64,000 bases of DNA from Eledone cirrhosa (Eukaryota): assembly GCA_964016885.1 (NCBI GenBank), contig OZ024742.1, forward strand, positions 166,408,001 to 166,472,000, written 5' to 3'. The notes below the pieces were generated by a model that worked only from the letters and a program-made list of their open reading frames with translations, was not told the DNA's origin and searched no databases. Shown piece by piece: positions 10,601-25,600 of this stretch (positions are counted from its first letter, which is position 1; each line of letters opens with the position of its first letter). Both the position numbers and the translations under genes were made by a program.

Positions 10601-13600
10601 ATAATTTGTAAAAAAAAAATCAGGGGGAGATAATTTGTAAAAAAAAATCAGGGGGAGATAATTTGTAAAAAAAAATCAAGGGGAGATAATTTGTAGAAAA
10701 AATCAGGGGGAGATAATTAGTAAAAAAATCAAGGGGAGATAATTTCCAGCCGTCCAAGGGGAGGTAATATCTAGCCGTCCAAGGGGAGATAATTTCCAGC
10801 CGTCCAAGGGGAGATAATTTCCAGCCGTCCAAGGGTAGATAATATCCAGCCGTCCAAGTAGACATATTATCCAGCCGTCCAAGGAGAGGTAATTTCTAGC
10901 CGTCCAAGGGGAGATAAATTCCAGCCTCCAAGGGGAGATAATTTCCAGCCAGCCAAGGGGAGATAATTTGTAAAAAAAATCAGGGGGAGATAATTTGTAA
11001 AAAAAATCAGGGGGAGATAATTTGTAAAAAAAAATCAGGGGGAGATAATTTGTAAAAAAAATCAGGGGGAGATAATTTGTAAAAAAAAATCAGGGGGAGA
11101 TAATTTGTAAAAAAAAATCAGGGGGAGATAATTTGTAAAAAAAAATCAGGGGGAGATAATTTGTAAAAAAAATCAAGGGGAGATAATTTCCAGCCGTCCA
11201 AGGGGAGATAATTTCCAGCCGTCCAAGGGGAGGTAATATCTAGCCGTCCAAGGGGAGATAATTTCCAGCCGTCCAAGAGGAGATAATTTCCAGCCGTCCA
11301 AGGGAAGATAATTTCAAGCCCTCCAAGGGGCTATAATTTCCAGTGTCCAAGGGGAGATAATTTCCAGCCAGCGAAGGGGAGATAATTTTTTTTTAAAAAT
11401 CAGGGGGAGATTTGTAAAAAAAATCAGGGGGAGATAATTTGTAAAAAAAATCAAGGGGAGATAATTTCCAGCCGTCGAAGGGAAGATAATTTCCAGCCCT
11501 CCAAGGGGCTATAATTTCCAGCGTCCAAGGGGAGATAATTTCCAGCCAGCGAAGGGGAGATAATTTTTTTAAAAAAATCATTGGGAGATTTGTAAAAAAA
11601 ATCAGGGAGAGATAATTTGTAAAAAAAATCAAGGGGAGATAATTTCCAGCCGTCCAAGGGGAGGTAATATCTAGCCGTCCAAGGGGAGATAATTTCCAGC
11701 CGTCCAAGGGGAGATAATTTCCAGCCGTCCAAGGGTAGATAATATCCAGCCGTCCAAGTAGACATTTTCCAGCCGTCCAAGGAGAGGTAATTTCTAGCCG
11801 TCCAAGGGGAGATAAATTCCAGCCTCCAAGGGGAGATAATTTCCAGCCAGCCAAGGGGAGATAATTTGTAAAAAAATCAGGGGGAGATAATTTGTAAAAA
11901 AAATCAGGGGGAGATAATTTGTAAAAAAAAATCAGGGGGAGATAATTTGTAAAAAAAAATCAGGGGGAGATAATTTGTAAAAAAAAATCCGGGGGAGATA
12001 ATTTGTAAAAAAAAATCAAGGGGAGATAATTTCCAGCCGTCCAAGGGGAGATAATTTTCAGCCGTCCAAGGGGAGATAATTTCCAGCCGTCCAAGGGGAG
12101 ATAATTTCCATCCTTCCAAGGGGAGATAATTTCCAGCCGTCCAAGGGGAGATAATTTCCCGCCAACCAAGGGAAGATAATTTTTAAAAAAATCAGGCGGA
12201 GATTGTAAAAAAAATCAGGGGGAGATAATTTGTAAAAAAATCAGGGGGAGATAATTTGTAAAAAAAAAATCAGGGGGAGATAATTTGTAAAAAAAATCAG
12301 GGGGAGATAATTTGTAAAAAAAAATCAAGGGGAGATAATTTGTACAAAAAATCAGGGGTATATAATTTGTAAAAAAAATCAGGGGGAGATAATTTGTAAA
12401 AAAAAATCAGGGGGAGATAATTTGTAAAAAAAATCAAGGGGAGATAATTTGCAGCCGTCCAAGGGGAGATAATTTTCAGCCGTCCAAGGAGAGGTAATTT
12501 CTAGCCGTCCAAGGTGAGATAATATCCAGCCGTCCAAGGGGAGATAATTTCCAGCCGTCCAAGGGGAGATAATTTTAAAAAAAAAACAGGCGAAGATAAT
12601 TTGTAAAAAAAAATCAGGGGGAGATAATTTGTAAAAAAAATCAGGGGGAGGTAATTTGTAAAAAAAATCAAGGGGAGATAATTTCCAGCTGTCCAAGGGA
12701 AGATAATTTCCAGCCCTCCAAGGGGCTATAATTTCCAGCGTCCAAGGGGAGATAATTTCCAGCCACCGAAGGGGAGATAATTTTTTTTTTTTTAAATCAG
12801 TGGGACATAATTTGTAAAAAAAAAATCAGGGGGAGATAATTTGTAAAAAAAATCAAGGGGAGATAATTTGTAAAAAAAAATCAGGGGGAGATAATTTGTA
12901 AAAAAAAATCAGGGGGAGATAATTTGTAAAAAAAATTAAGGGGAGATAATTTGTAAAAAAAAATCAAGGGGAGATAATTTCCAGCCGTCCAAGGAGAGGT
13001 AATTTCTAGACGTCCAAGGGGAGATAATTTCCAGCCGTCCAAGGGGAGATAATTTCCAGCCGTCCAAGGGTAGATAATATCCAGCCGTCCAAGGAGACAT
13101 ATTTTCCAGCTTTCCAAGGAGAGGTAATTTCTAGCCGTCCAAGGGGAGATAAATTCCAGCCTCCAAGGGGAGATAATTTCCAGCCAGCCAAGGGGAGATA
13201 ATTTGTAAAAAAAATCAGGGGGAGATAATTTGTAAAAAAAATCAGGGGGAGATAATTTGTAAAAAAAATCAGGGGGAGATAATTTCCAGCCGTCCAAGGG
13301 GAGATAATTTTCAGCCGTCCAAGGGGAGATAATTTCCCGCCAGCCAAGGGAAGATAATATTTAAAAAATGAGGCGGAGATAATTTGTAAAAAAAATCAGG
13401 GGGAGATAATTTGTAAAAAAATCAGGGGGAGATAATTTGTAAAAAAAAAATCAGGGGGAGATAATTTGTAAAAAAAATCAGGGGGAGATAATTTGTAAAA
13501 AAAAATCAGGGGTAGATAATTTGTAAAAAAAAATCAGGGGGAGATAATTTGTAAAAAAAATCAGGGGGAGATAATTTATAAAAAAAATCAAGGGGAGATA

Positions 13601-16600
13601 ATTTCCAGCCGTCCAAGGGAAGATAATTTCAAGCCCTCCAAGGGGCTATAATTTCCAGTGTCCAAGGGGAGATAATTTCCAGCCAGCGAAGGGGAGATAA
13701 TTTTTTTTTAAAAATCAGGGGGAGATTTGTAAAAAAAATCAGGGGGAGATAATTTGTAAAAAAAATCAAAGGGAGATAATTTCCAGCCGTCCAAAGAGAT
13801 AATTTCTAGCCGTCCAAGGGGAGATAATTTCGAGCCAAGGGGAGATAATTTCCAGCCGTCCAAGGGGAGATAATTTTTTAAAAAATCAGGTGGAGATAAT
13901 TTGTAAAAAAAATCAGGGGGAGATAATTTGTAAAAACAAAATCAAGGGCAGATAATTTCCAGCTGTCCAAGGAGAGATAATTTCCAGCCGTGCAAGGGGA
14001 GATAATTTCCAGCCGTCCAAGGGGAGATAATTTCCATCCTTCCAAGGGGAGATAATTTCCAGCCGTCCAAGGGGAGATAATTTCCCGCCAGCCAAGGGAA
14101 GATAATTTTTTAAAAAATCAGGCGGAGATTGTAAAAAAAATCAGGGGGAGATAATTTGTAAAAAAATCAGGGGGAGATAATTTGTAAAAAAATCAAGGGG
14201 AGATAATTTCCAGCTGTCCAAGGGGAGGTAATATCTAGCCGTCCAAGGGGAGATAATTTCCAGCCGTCCAAGGGGAGATAATTTCCAGCCGTCCAAGGGT
14301 AGATAATATCCAGCCGTCCAAGGAGACATATTTTCCAGCCGTCCAAGGAGAGGTAATTTCTAGCCGTCCAAGTGGAGATAAATTCCAGCCTCCAAGGGGA
14401 GATAATTTCCAGCCAGCCAAGGGGAGATAATTTGTAAAAAAATCAGGGGGAGATAATTTGTAAAAAAAATCAGGGGGAGATAATTTGTAAAAAAAAATCA
14501 GGGGGAGATAATTTGTAAAAAAAATCAGGGGGAGATAATTTGTAAAAAAAATCAAGGGGAGATAATTTCCAGCCGTCCAAGGGGAGATAATTTTCAGCCG
14601 TCCAAGGGGAGATAATTTCCCGCCAGCCAAGGGAAGATAATATTTAAAAAATGAGGCGGAGATAATTTGTAAAAAAAAATCAGGGGTAGATAATTTGTAA
14701 AAAAAATCAGGGGGAGATAATTTGTAAAAAAAATCAAGGGGAGATAATTTCCAGCCGTCCAAGGAGAGATAATTTTTAAAAAAAATCAGGCGGAGATAAT
14801 TTGTAAAAAAAAAATCAGGGGGAGATAATTTGTAAAAAAAAATCAGGGGGAGATAATTTGTAAAAAAAATCAAGGGGAGATAATTTCCAGCCGTCCAAGG
14901 GGAGATAATTTTCAGCCGTCCAAGGGGAGATAATTTCCAGCCGTCCAAGGGGAGATAATTTTAAAAAAAAATCAGGCGGAGATAATTTGTAAAAAAAATC
15001 AAGGGGAGATAATTTGCAACCGTCCAAGGGGACATAATTTTCAGTCGTCCAAGGAGAGGTAATTTCTAGCCGTACAAGGGGAGATAATTTCCAGCCGTCC
15101 AAGGGGAGATAATTTCCAGCCGTCCAAGGGGAGATAATTTTTTTTTAAAAATCAGGCGGAGATAATTTGTAAAAAAAAAATCAGGGGGAGATAATTTGTA
15201 AAAAAAAATCAGGGGGAGATAATTTGTAAAAAAAAATCAGGGGGAGATAATTTGTAAAAAAAATCAAGGGGAGATAATTTCCAGCCGTCCAAGGGAAGAT
15301 AATTTCCAGCCCTCCAAGGGGCTATAATTTCCAGCGTCCAAGGGGAGATAATTTCCAGCCAGCGAAGGGGAGATAATTGTTTTAAAAAAATCATTGGGAG
15401 ATTTGTAAAAAAAATCAGGGGGAGATAATTAATAAAAAAAATCAAGGGGAGATAATTTCCAGCCGTCCAAGGGGAGGTAATATCTAGCCGTCCAAGGGGA
15501 GATAATTTCCAGCCGTCCAAGGGGAGATAATTTCCAGCCGTCCAAGGGTAGATAATATCCAGCCGTCCAAGGAGACATATTTTCCAGCCGTCCAAGGAGA
15601 GGTAATTTCTAGCCGTCCAAGGGGAGATAAATTCCAGCCTCCAAGGGGAGATAATTTCCAGCCAGCCAAGGGGAGATAATTTGTAAAAAAATCAGGGGGA
15701 GATAATTTGTAAAAAAAATCAGGGGTAGATAATTTGTAAAAAAAAATCAGGGGGAGATAATTTGTAAAAAAAAATCAGGGGGAGATAATTTGTAAAAAAA
15801 ATCAAGGGGAGATAATGTCCAGCCGTCCAAGGAGAGATAATTTAAAAAAAAAATCAGGCGGAGATAATTTGTAAAAAAAATCAAGGGGAGATAATTTCCA
15901 GCCGTCCAAGGGGAGATAATTTCCAGCCGTCCAAGGTAAGATAATTTCCAGCCCTCCAAGGGGCTATAATTTCCAGCCGTCCAAGGGTAGATAATATCCA
16001 GCCGTCCAAGTAGACATATTTTCCAGCCGTCCAAGGAGAGGTAATTTCTAGCCGTCCAAGGGGAGATAAATTCCAGCCTCCAAGGGGAGATAATTTCCAG
16101 CCAGCCAAGGGGAGATAATTTGTAAAAAAATCAGGGGGAGATAATTTGTAAAAAAAATCAGGGGGAGATAATTTGTAAAAAAAAATCAGGGGGAGATAAT
16201 TTGTAAAAAAAAATCAGGGGGAGATAATTTCCAGCCGTCCAAGGGGAGATAATTTTCAGCCGTCCAAGGGTAGATAATATCCAGCCGTCCAAGTAGACAT
16301 TTTCCAGCCGTCCAAGGAGAGGTAATTTCTAGCCGTCCAAGGGGAGATAAATTCCAGCCTCCAAGGGGAGATAATTTCCAGCCAGCCAAGGGGAGATAAT
16401 TTGTAAAAAAATCGGGGGAGATAATTTGTAAAAAAAAATCAGGGGGAGATAATTTGTAAAAAAAAATCAGGGGGAGATAATTTGTAAAAAAAAATCAGGG
16501 GGAGATAATTTGTAAAAAAAATCAAGGGGAGATAATTTCCAGCCGTCCAAGGGGAGATAATTTTCAGCCGTCCAAGGGGAGATAATTTCCAGCCGTCCAA

Positions 16601-19600
16601 GGGGAGATAATTTCCATCCTTCCAAGGGGAGATAATTTCCAGCCGTCCAAGGGGAGATAATTTTCAGCCGTCCAAGGGGAGATAATTTCCCGCCAGCCAA
16701 GGGAAGATAATATTTTAAAAAATCAGGCGGAGATAATTTGTAAAAAAAATCAGGGGGAGATAATTTGTAAAAAAAATCAGGGGGAGATAATTTGTAAAAA
16801 AAAAATCAGGGGGAGATAATTTGTAAAAAAAAATCAGGGGTAGATAATTTGTAAAAAAAAATCAGGGGGAGATAATTTGTAAAAAAAAATCAGGGGTAGA
16901 TAATTTGTAAAAAAAAATCAGGGGGAGATAATTTGTAAAAAAAAATCAGGGGGAGATAATTTGTAAAAAAAATCAGGGGGAGATAATTTGTAAAAAAAAA
17001 TCAGGGGGAGATAATTTCCGGCCGTCCAAGGGGAGATAATTTTCAGCCGTCCAAGGGGAGATAATTTCCCGCCAGCCAAGGGAAGATAATATTTAAAAAA
17101 ATCAGGCGGAGATAATTTGTAAAAAAAATCAGGGGGAGATAATTTGTAAAAAAATCAGGGGGAGATAATTTGTAAAAAAAATCAAGGGGAGATAATTTCC
17201 AGCCGTCCAAGGGGAGGTAATATCTAGCCGTCCAAGGGGAGATAATTTCCAGCCGTCCAAGAGGAGATAATTTCCAGCCGTCCAAGGGTAGATAATATCC
17301 AGCCGTCCAAGGAGACATATTTTCCAGCCGTCCAAGGAGAGGTAATTTCTAGCCGTCCAAGGGGAGATAAATTCCAGCCTCCAAGGGGAGATAATTTCCA
17401 GCCAGCCAAGGGGAGATAATTTGTAAAAAAAATCAGGGGGAGATAATTTGTAAAAAAAATCAGGGGGAGATAATTTGTAAAAAAATCAGGGGGAGATAAT
17501 TTGTAAAAAAAAAATCAGGGGGAGATAATTTGTAAAAAAAATCAGGGGGAGATGATTTGTAAAAAAAAATCACGGGTAGATAATTTGTAAAAAAAAATCA
17601 GGGGGAGATAATTTGTAAAAAAAATCAAGGGGAGATAATTTCCAGCCGTCGAAGGGAAGATAATTTCCAGCCCTCCAAGGGGCTATAATTTCCAGCGTCC
17701 AAGGGGAGATAATTTCCAGCCGTCCAAGGGGAGATAATTTCCAGCCGTCCAAGGGTAGATAATATCCAGCCGTCCAAGTAGACATTTTCCAGCCGTCCAA
17801 GGAGAGGTAATTTCTAGCCGTCCAAGGGGAGATAAATTCCAGCCTCCAAGGGGAGATAATTTCCAGCCAGCCAAGGGGAGATAATTTGTAAAAAAATCAG
17901 GGGGAGATAATTTGTAAAAAAAATCAGGGGGAGATAATTTGTAAAAAAAAATCAGGGGGAGATAATTTGTAAAAAAAATCAGGGGGAGATAATTTGTAAA
18001 AAAAATCAGGGGGAGATAATTTGTAAAAAAAATCAAGGGGAGATAATTTCCAGCCGTCCAAGGGGAGATAATTTTCAGCCGTCCAAGGGGAGATAATTTC
18101 CAGCCGTCCAAGGGGAGATAATTTCCAGCCGTCCAAGGGGAGATAGTTTTTTTAAAAAATCAGGCGGAGATAATTTGTAAAAAAAAAATCAGGGGGAGAT
18201 AATTTGTAAAAAAAAATCAGGGGGAGATAATTTGTAAAAAAAAATCAAGGGGAGATAATTTGTAGAAAAAATCAGGGGGAGATAATTAGTAAAAAAATCA
18301 AGGGGAGATAATTTCCAGCCGTCCAAGGGGAGGTAATATCTAGCCGTCCAAGGGGAGATAATTTCCAGCCGTCCAAGGGGAGATAATTTCCAGCCGTCCA
18401 AGGGTAGATAATATCCAGCCGTCCAAGTAGACATATTATCCAGCCGTCCAAGGAGAGGTAATTTCTAGCCGTCCAAGGGGAGATAAATTCCAGCCTCCAA
18501 GGGGAGATAATTTCCAGCCAGCCAAGGGGAGATAATTTGTAAAAAAAATCAGGGGGAGATAATTTGTAAAAAAAATCAGGGGGAGATAATTTGTAAAAAA
18601 AAATCAGGGGGAGATAATTTGTAAAAAAAATCAGGGGGAGATAATTTGTAAAAAAAAATCAGGGGGAGATAATTTGTAAAAAAAAATCAGGGGGAGATAA
18701 TTTGTAAAAAAAAATCAGGGGGAGATAATTTGTAAAAAAAATCAAGGGGAGATAATTTCCAGCCGTCCAAGGGGAGATAATTTCCAGCCGTCCAAGGGGA
18801 GGTAATATCTAGCCGTCCAAGGGGAGATAATTTCCAGCCGTCCAAGAGGAGATAATTTCCAGCCGTCCAAGGGAAGATAATTTCAAGCCCTCCAAGGGGC
18901 TATAATTTCCAGTGTCCAAGGGGAGATAATTTCCAGCCAGCGAAGGGGAGATAATTTTTTTTTAAAAATCAGGGGGAGATTTGTAAAAAAAATCAGGGGG
19001 AGATAATTTGTAAAAAAAATCAAGGGGAGATAATTTCCAGCCGTCGAAGGGAAGATAATTTCCAGCCCTCCAAGGGGCTATAATTTCCAGCGTCCAAGGG
19101 GAGATAATTTCCAGCCAGCGAAGGGGAGATAATTTTTTTAAAAAAATCATTGGGAGATTTGTAAAAAAAATCAGGGAGAGATAATTTGTAAAAAAAATCA
19201 AGGGGAGATAATTTCCAGCCGTCCAAGGGGAGGTAATATCTAGCCGTCCAAGGGGAGATAATTTCCAGCCGTCCAAGGGGAGATAATTTCCAGCCGTCCA
19301 AGGGTAGATAATATCCAGCCGTCCAAGTAGACATTTTCCAGCCGTCCAAGGAGAGGTAATTTCTAGCCGTCCAAGGGGAGATAAATTCCAGCCTCCAAGG
19401 GGAGATAATTTCCAGCCAGCCAAGGGGAGATAATTTGTAAAAAAATCAGGGGGAGATAATTTGTAAAAAAAATCAGGGGGAGATAATTTGTAAAAAAAAA
19501 TCAGGGGGAGATAATTTGTAAAAAAAAATCAGGGGGAGATAATTTGTAAAAAAAAATCCGGGGGAGATAATTTGTAAAAAAAATCAAGGGGAGATAATTT

Positions 19601-22600
19601 CCAGCCGTCCAAGGGGAGATAATTTTCAGCCGTCCAAGGGGAGATAATTTCCAGCCGTCCAAGGGGAGATAATTTCCATCCTTCCAAGGGGAGATAATTT
19701 CCAGCCGTCCAAGGGGAGATAATTTCCCGCCAACCAAGGGAAGATAATTTTTAAAAAAATCAGGCGGAGATTGTAAAAAAAATCAGGGGGAGATAATTTG
19801 TAAAAAAATCAGGGGGAGATAATTTGTAAAAAAAAAATCAGGGGGAGATAATTTGTAAAAAAAATCAGGGGGAGATAATTTGTAAAAAAAAATCAAGGGG
19901 AGATAATTTGTACAAAAAATCAGGGGTATATAATTTGTAAAAAAAATCAGGGGGAGATAATTTGTAAAAAAAAATCAGGGGGAGATAATTTGTAAAAAAA
20001 ATCAAGGGGAGATAATTTGCAGCCGTCCAAGGGGAGATAATTTTCAGCCGTCCAAGGAGAGGTAATTTCTAGCCGTCCAAGGTGAGATAATATCCAGCCG
20101 TCCAAGGGGAGATAATTTCCAGCCGTCCAAGGGGAGATAATTTTAAAAAAAAAACAGGCGAAGATAATTTGTAAAAAAAAATCAGGGGGAGATAATTTGT
20201 AAAAAAAATCAGGGGGAGGTAATTTGTAAAAAAAATCAAGGGGAGATAATTTCCAGCTGTCCAAGGGAAGATAATTTCCAGCCCTCCAAGGGGCTATAAT
20301 TTCCAGCGTCCAAGGGGAGATAATTTCCAGCCACCGAAGGGGAGATAATTTTTTTTTTTTTAAATCAGTGGGACATAATTTGTAAAAAAAAAATCAGGGG
20401 GAGATAATTTGTAAAAAAAATCAAGGGGAGATAATTTGTAAAAAAAAATCAGGGGGAGATAATTTGTAAAAAAAAATCAGGGGGAGATAATTTGTAAAAA
20501 AAATTAAGGGGAGATAATTTGTAAAAAAAAATCAAGGGGAGATAATTTCCAGCCGTCCAAGGAGAGGTAATTTCTAGACGTCCAAGGGGAGATAATTTCC
20601 AGCCGTCCAAGGGGAGATAATTTCCAGCCGTCCAAGGGTAGATAATATCCAGCCGTCCAAGGAGACATATTTTCCAGCTTTCCAAGGAGAGGTAATTTCT
20701 AGCCGTCCAAGGGGAGATAAATTCCAGCCTCCAAGGGGAGATAATTTCCAGCCAGCCAAGGGGAGATAATTTGTAAAAAAAATCAGGGGGAGATAATTTG
20801 TAAAAAAAATCAGGGGGAGATAATTTGTAAAAAAAATCAGGGGGAGATAATTTCCAGCCGTCCAAGGGGAGATAATTTTCAGCCGTCCAAGGGGAGATAA
20901 TTTCCCGCCAGCCAAGGGAAGATAATATTTAAAAAATGAGGCGGAGATAATTTGTAAAAAAAATCAGGGGGAGATAATTTGTAAAAAAATCAGGGGGAGA
21001 TAATTTGTAAAAAAAAAATCAGGGGGAGATAATTTGTAAAAAAAATCAGGGGGAGATAATTTGTAAAAAAAAATCAGGGGTAGATAATTTGTAAAAAAAA
21101 ATCAGGGGGAGATAATTTGTAAAAAAAATCAGGGGGAGATAATTTATAAAAAAAATCAAGGGGAGATAATTTCCAGCCGTCCAAGGGAAGATAATTTCAA
21201 GCCCTCCAAGGGGCTATAATTTCCAGTGTCCAAGGGGAGATAATTTCCAGCCAGCGAAGGGGAGATAATTTTTTTTTAAAAATCAGGGGGAGATTTGTAA
21301 AAAAAATCAGGGGGAGATAATTTGTAAAAAAAATCAAAGGGAGATAATTTCCAGCCGTCCAAAGAGATAATTTCTAGCCGTCCAAGGGGAGATAATTTCG
21401 AGCCAAGGGGAGATAATTTCCAGCCGTCCAAGGGGAGATAATTTTTTAAAAAATCAGGTGGAGATAATTTGTAAAAAAAATCAGGGGGAGATAATTTGTA
21501 AAAACAAAATCAAGGGCAGATAATTTCCAGCTGTCCAAGGAGAGATAATTTCCAGCCGTGCAAGGGGAGATAATTTCCAGCCGTCCAAGGGGAGATAATT
21601 TCCATCCTTCCAAGGGGAGATAATTTCCAGCCGTCCAAGGGGAGATAATTTCCCGCCAGCCAAGGGAAGATAATTTTTTAAAAAATCAGGCGGAGATTGT
21701 AAAAAAAATCAGGGGGAGATAATTTGTAAAAAAATCAGGGGGAGATAATTTGTAAAAAAATCAAGGGGAGATAATTTCCAGCTGTCCAAGGGGAGGTAAT
21801 ATCTAGCCGTCCAAGGGGAGATAATTTCCAGCCGTCCAAGGGGAGATAATTTCCAGCCGTCCAAGGGTAGATAATATCCAGCCGTCCAAGGAGACATATT
21901 TTCCAGCCGTCCAAGGAGAGGTAATTTCTAGCCGTCCAAGTGGAGATAAATTCCAGCCTCCAAGGGGAGATAATTTCCAGCCAGCCAAGGGGAGATAATT
22001 TGTAAAAAAATCAGGGGGAGATAATTTGTAAAAAAAATCAGGGGGAGATAATTTGTAAAAAAAAATCAGGGGGAGATAATTTGTAAAAAAAATCAGGGGG
22101 AGATAATTTGTAAAAAAAATCAAGGGGAGATAATTTCCAGCCGTCCAAGGGGAGATAATTTTCAGCCGTCCAAGGGGAGATAATTTCCCGCCAGCCAAGG
22201 GAAGATAATATTTAAAAAATGAGGCGGAGATAATTTGTAAAAAAAAATCAGGGGTAGATAATTTGTAAAAAAAATCAGGGGGAGATAATTTGTAAAAAAA
22301 ATCAAGGGGAGATAATTTCCAGCCGTCCAAGGAGAGATAATTTTTAAAAAAAATCAGGCGGAGATAATTTGTAAAAAAAAAATCAGGGGGAGATAATTTG
22401 TAAAAAAAAATCAGGGGGAGATAATTTGTAAAAAAAATCAAGGGGAGATAATTTCCAGCCGTCCAAGGGGAGATAATTTTCAGCCGTCCAAGGGGAGATA
22501 ATTTCCAGCCGTCCAAGGGGAGATAATTTTAAAAAAAAATCAGGCGGAGATAATTTGTAAAAAAAATCAAGGGGAGATAATTTGCAACCGTCCAAGGGGA

Positions 22601-25600
22601 CATAATTTTCAGTCGTCCAAGGAGAGGTAATTTCTAGCCGTACAAGGGGAGATAATTTCCAGCCGTCCAAGGGGAGATAATTTCCAGCCGTCCAAGGGGA
22701 GATAATTTTTTTTTAAAAATCAGGCGGAGATAATTTGTAAAAAAAAAATCAGGGGGAGATAATTTGTAAAAAAAAATCAGGGGGAGATAATTTGTAAAAA
22801 AAAATCAGGGGGAGATAATTTGTAAAAAAAATCAAGGGGAGATAATTTCCAGCCGTCCAAGGGAAGATAATTTCCAGCCCTCCAAGGGGCTATAATTTCC
22901 AGCGTCCAAGGGGAGATAATTTCCAGCCAGCGAAGGGGAGATAATTGTTTTAAAAAAATCATTGGGAGATTTGTAAAAAAAATCAGGGGGAGATAATTAA
23001 TAAAAAAAATCAAGGGGAGATAATTTCCAGCCGTCCAAGGGGAGGTAATATCTAGCCGTCCAAGGGGAGATAATTTCCAGCCGTCCAAGGGGAGATAATT
23101 TCCAGCCGTCCAAGGGTAGATAATATCCAGCCGTCCAAGGAGACATATTTTCCAGCCGTCCAAGGAGAGGTAATTTCTAGCCGTCCAAGGGGAGATAAAT
23201 TCCAGCCTCCAAGGGGAGATAATTTCCAGCCAGCCAAGGGGAGATAATTTGTAAAAAAATCAGGGGGAGATAATTTGTAAAAAAAATCAGGGGTAGATAA
23301 TTTGTAAAAAAAAATCAGGGGGAGATAATTTGTAAAAAAAAATCAGGGGGAGATAATTTGTAAAAAAAATCAAGGGGAGATAATGTCCAGCCGTCCAAGG
23401 AGAGATAATTTAAAAAAAAAATCAGGCGGAGATAATTTGTAAAAAAAATCAAGGGGAGATAATTTCCAGCCGTCCAAGGGGAGATAATTTCCAGCCGTCC
23501 AAGGTAAGATAATTTCCAGCCCTCCAAGGGGCTATAATTTCCAGCCGTCCAAGGGTAGATAATATCCAGCCGTCCAAGTAGACATATTTTCCAGCCGTCC
23601 AAGGAGAGGTAATTTCTAGCCGTCCAAGGGGAGATAAATTCCAGCCTCCAAGGGGAGATAATTTCCAGCCAGCCAAGGGGAGATAATTTGTAAAAAAATC
23701 AGGGGGAGATAATTTGTAAAAAAAATCAGGGGGAGATAATTTGTAAAAAAAAATCAGGGGGAGATAATTTGTAAAAAAAAATCAGGGGGAGATAATTTCC
23801 AGCCGTCCAAGGGGAGATAATTTTCAGCCGTCCAAGGGTAGATAATATCCAGCCGTCCAAGTAGACATTTTCCAGCCGTCCAAGGAGAGGTAATTTCTAG
23901 CCGTCCAAGGGGAGATAAATTCCAGCCTCCAAGGGGAGATAATTTCCAGCCAGCCAAGGGGAGATAATTTGTAAAAAAATCGGGGGAGATAATTTGTAAA
24001 AAAAAATCAGGGGGAGATAATTTGTAAAAAAAAATCAGGGGGAGATAATTTGTAAAAAAAAATCAGGGGGAGATAATTTGTAAAAAAAATCAAGGGGAGA
24101 TAATTTCCAGCCGTCCAAGGGGAGATAATTTTCAGCCGTCCAAGGGGAGATAATTTCCAGCCGTCCAAGGGGAGATAATTTCCATCCTTCCAAGGGGAGA
24201 TAATTTCCAGCCGTCCAAGGGGAGATAATTTTCAGCCGTCCAAGGGGAGATAATTTCCCGCCAGCCAAGGGAAGATAATATTTTAAAAAATCAGGCGGAG
24301 ATAATTTGTAAAAAAAATCAGGGGGAGATAATTTGTAAAAAAAATCAGGGGGAGATAATTTGTAAAAAAAAAATCAGGGGGAGATAATTTGTAAAAAAAA
24401 ATCAGGGGTAGATAATTTGTAAAAAAAAATCAGGGGGAGATAATTTGTAAAAAAAAATCAGGGGTAGATAATTTGTAAAAAAAAATCAGGGGGAGATAAT
24501 TTGTAAAAAAAAATCAGGGGGAGATAATTTGTAAAAAAAATCAGGGGGAGATAATTTGTAAAAAAAAATCAGGGGGAGATAATTTCCGGCCGTCCAAGGG
24601 GAGATAATTTTCAGCCGTCCAAGGGGAGATAATTTCCCGCCAGCCAAGGGAAGATAATATTTAAAAAAATCAGGCGGAGATAATTTGTAAAAAAAATCAG
24701 GGGGAGATAATTTGTAAAAAAATCAGGGGGAGATAATTTGTAAAAAAAATCAAGGGGAGATAATTTCCAGCCGTCCAAGGGGAGGTAATATCTAGCCGTC
24801 CAAGGGGAGATAATTTCCAGCCGTCCAAGAGGAGATAATTTCCAGCCGTCCAAGGGTAGATAATATCCAGCCGTCCAAGGAGACATATTTTCCAGCCGTC
24901 CAAGGAGAGGTAATTTCTAGCCGTCCAAGGGGAGATAAATTCCAGCCTCCAAGGGGAGATAATTTCCAGCCAGCCAAGGGGAGATAATTTGTAAAAAAAA
25001 TCAGGGGGAGATAATTTGTAAAAAAAATCAGGGGGAGATAATTTGTAAAAAAATCAGGGGGAGATAATTTGTAAAAAAAAAATCAGGGGGAGATAATTTG
25101 TAAAAAAAATCAGGGGGAGATGATTTGTAAAAAAAAATCACGGGTAGATAATTTGTAAAAAAAAATCAGGGGGAGATAATTTGTAAAAAAAATCAAGGGG
25201 AGATAATTTCCAGCCGTCGAAGGGAAGATAATTTCCAGCCCTCCAAGGGGCTATAATTTCCAGCGTCCAAGGGGAGATAATTTCCAGCCGTCCAAGGGGA
25301 GATAATTTCCAGCCGTCCAAGGGTAGATAATATCCAGCCGTCCAAGTAGACATTTTCCAGCCGTCCAAGGAGAGGTAATTTCTAGCCGTCCAAGGGGAGA
25401 TAAATTCCAGCCTCCAAGGGGAGATAATTTCCAGCCAGCCAAGGGGAGATAATTTGTAAAAAAATCAGGGGGAGATAATTTGTAAAAAAAATCAGGGGGA
25501 GATAATTTGTAAAAAAAAATCAGGGGGAGATAATTTGTAAAAAAAATCAGGGGGAGATAATTTGTAAAAAAAATCAGGGGGAGATAATTTGTAAAAAAAA

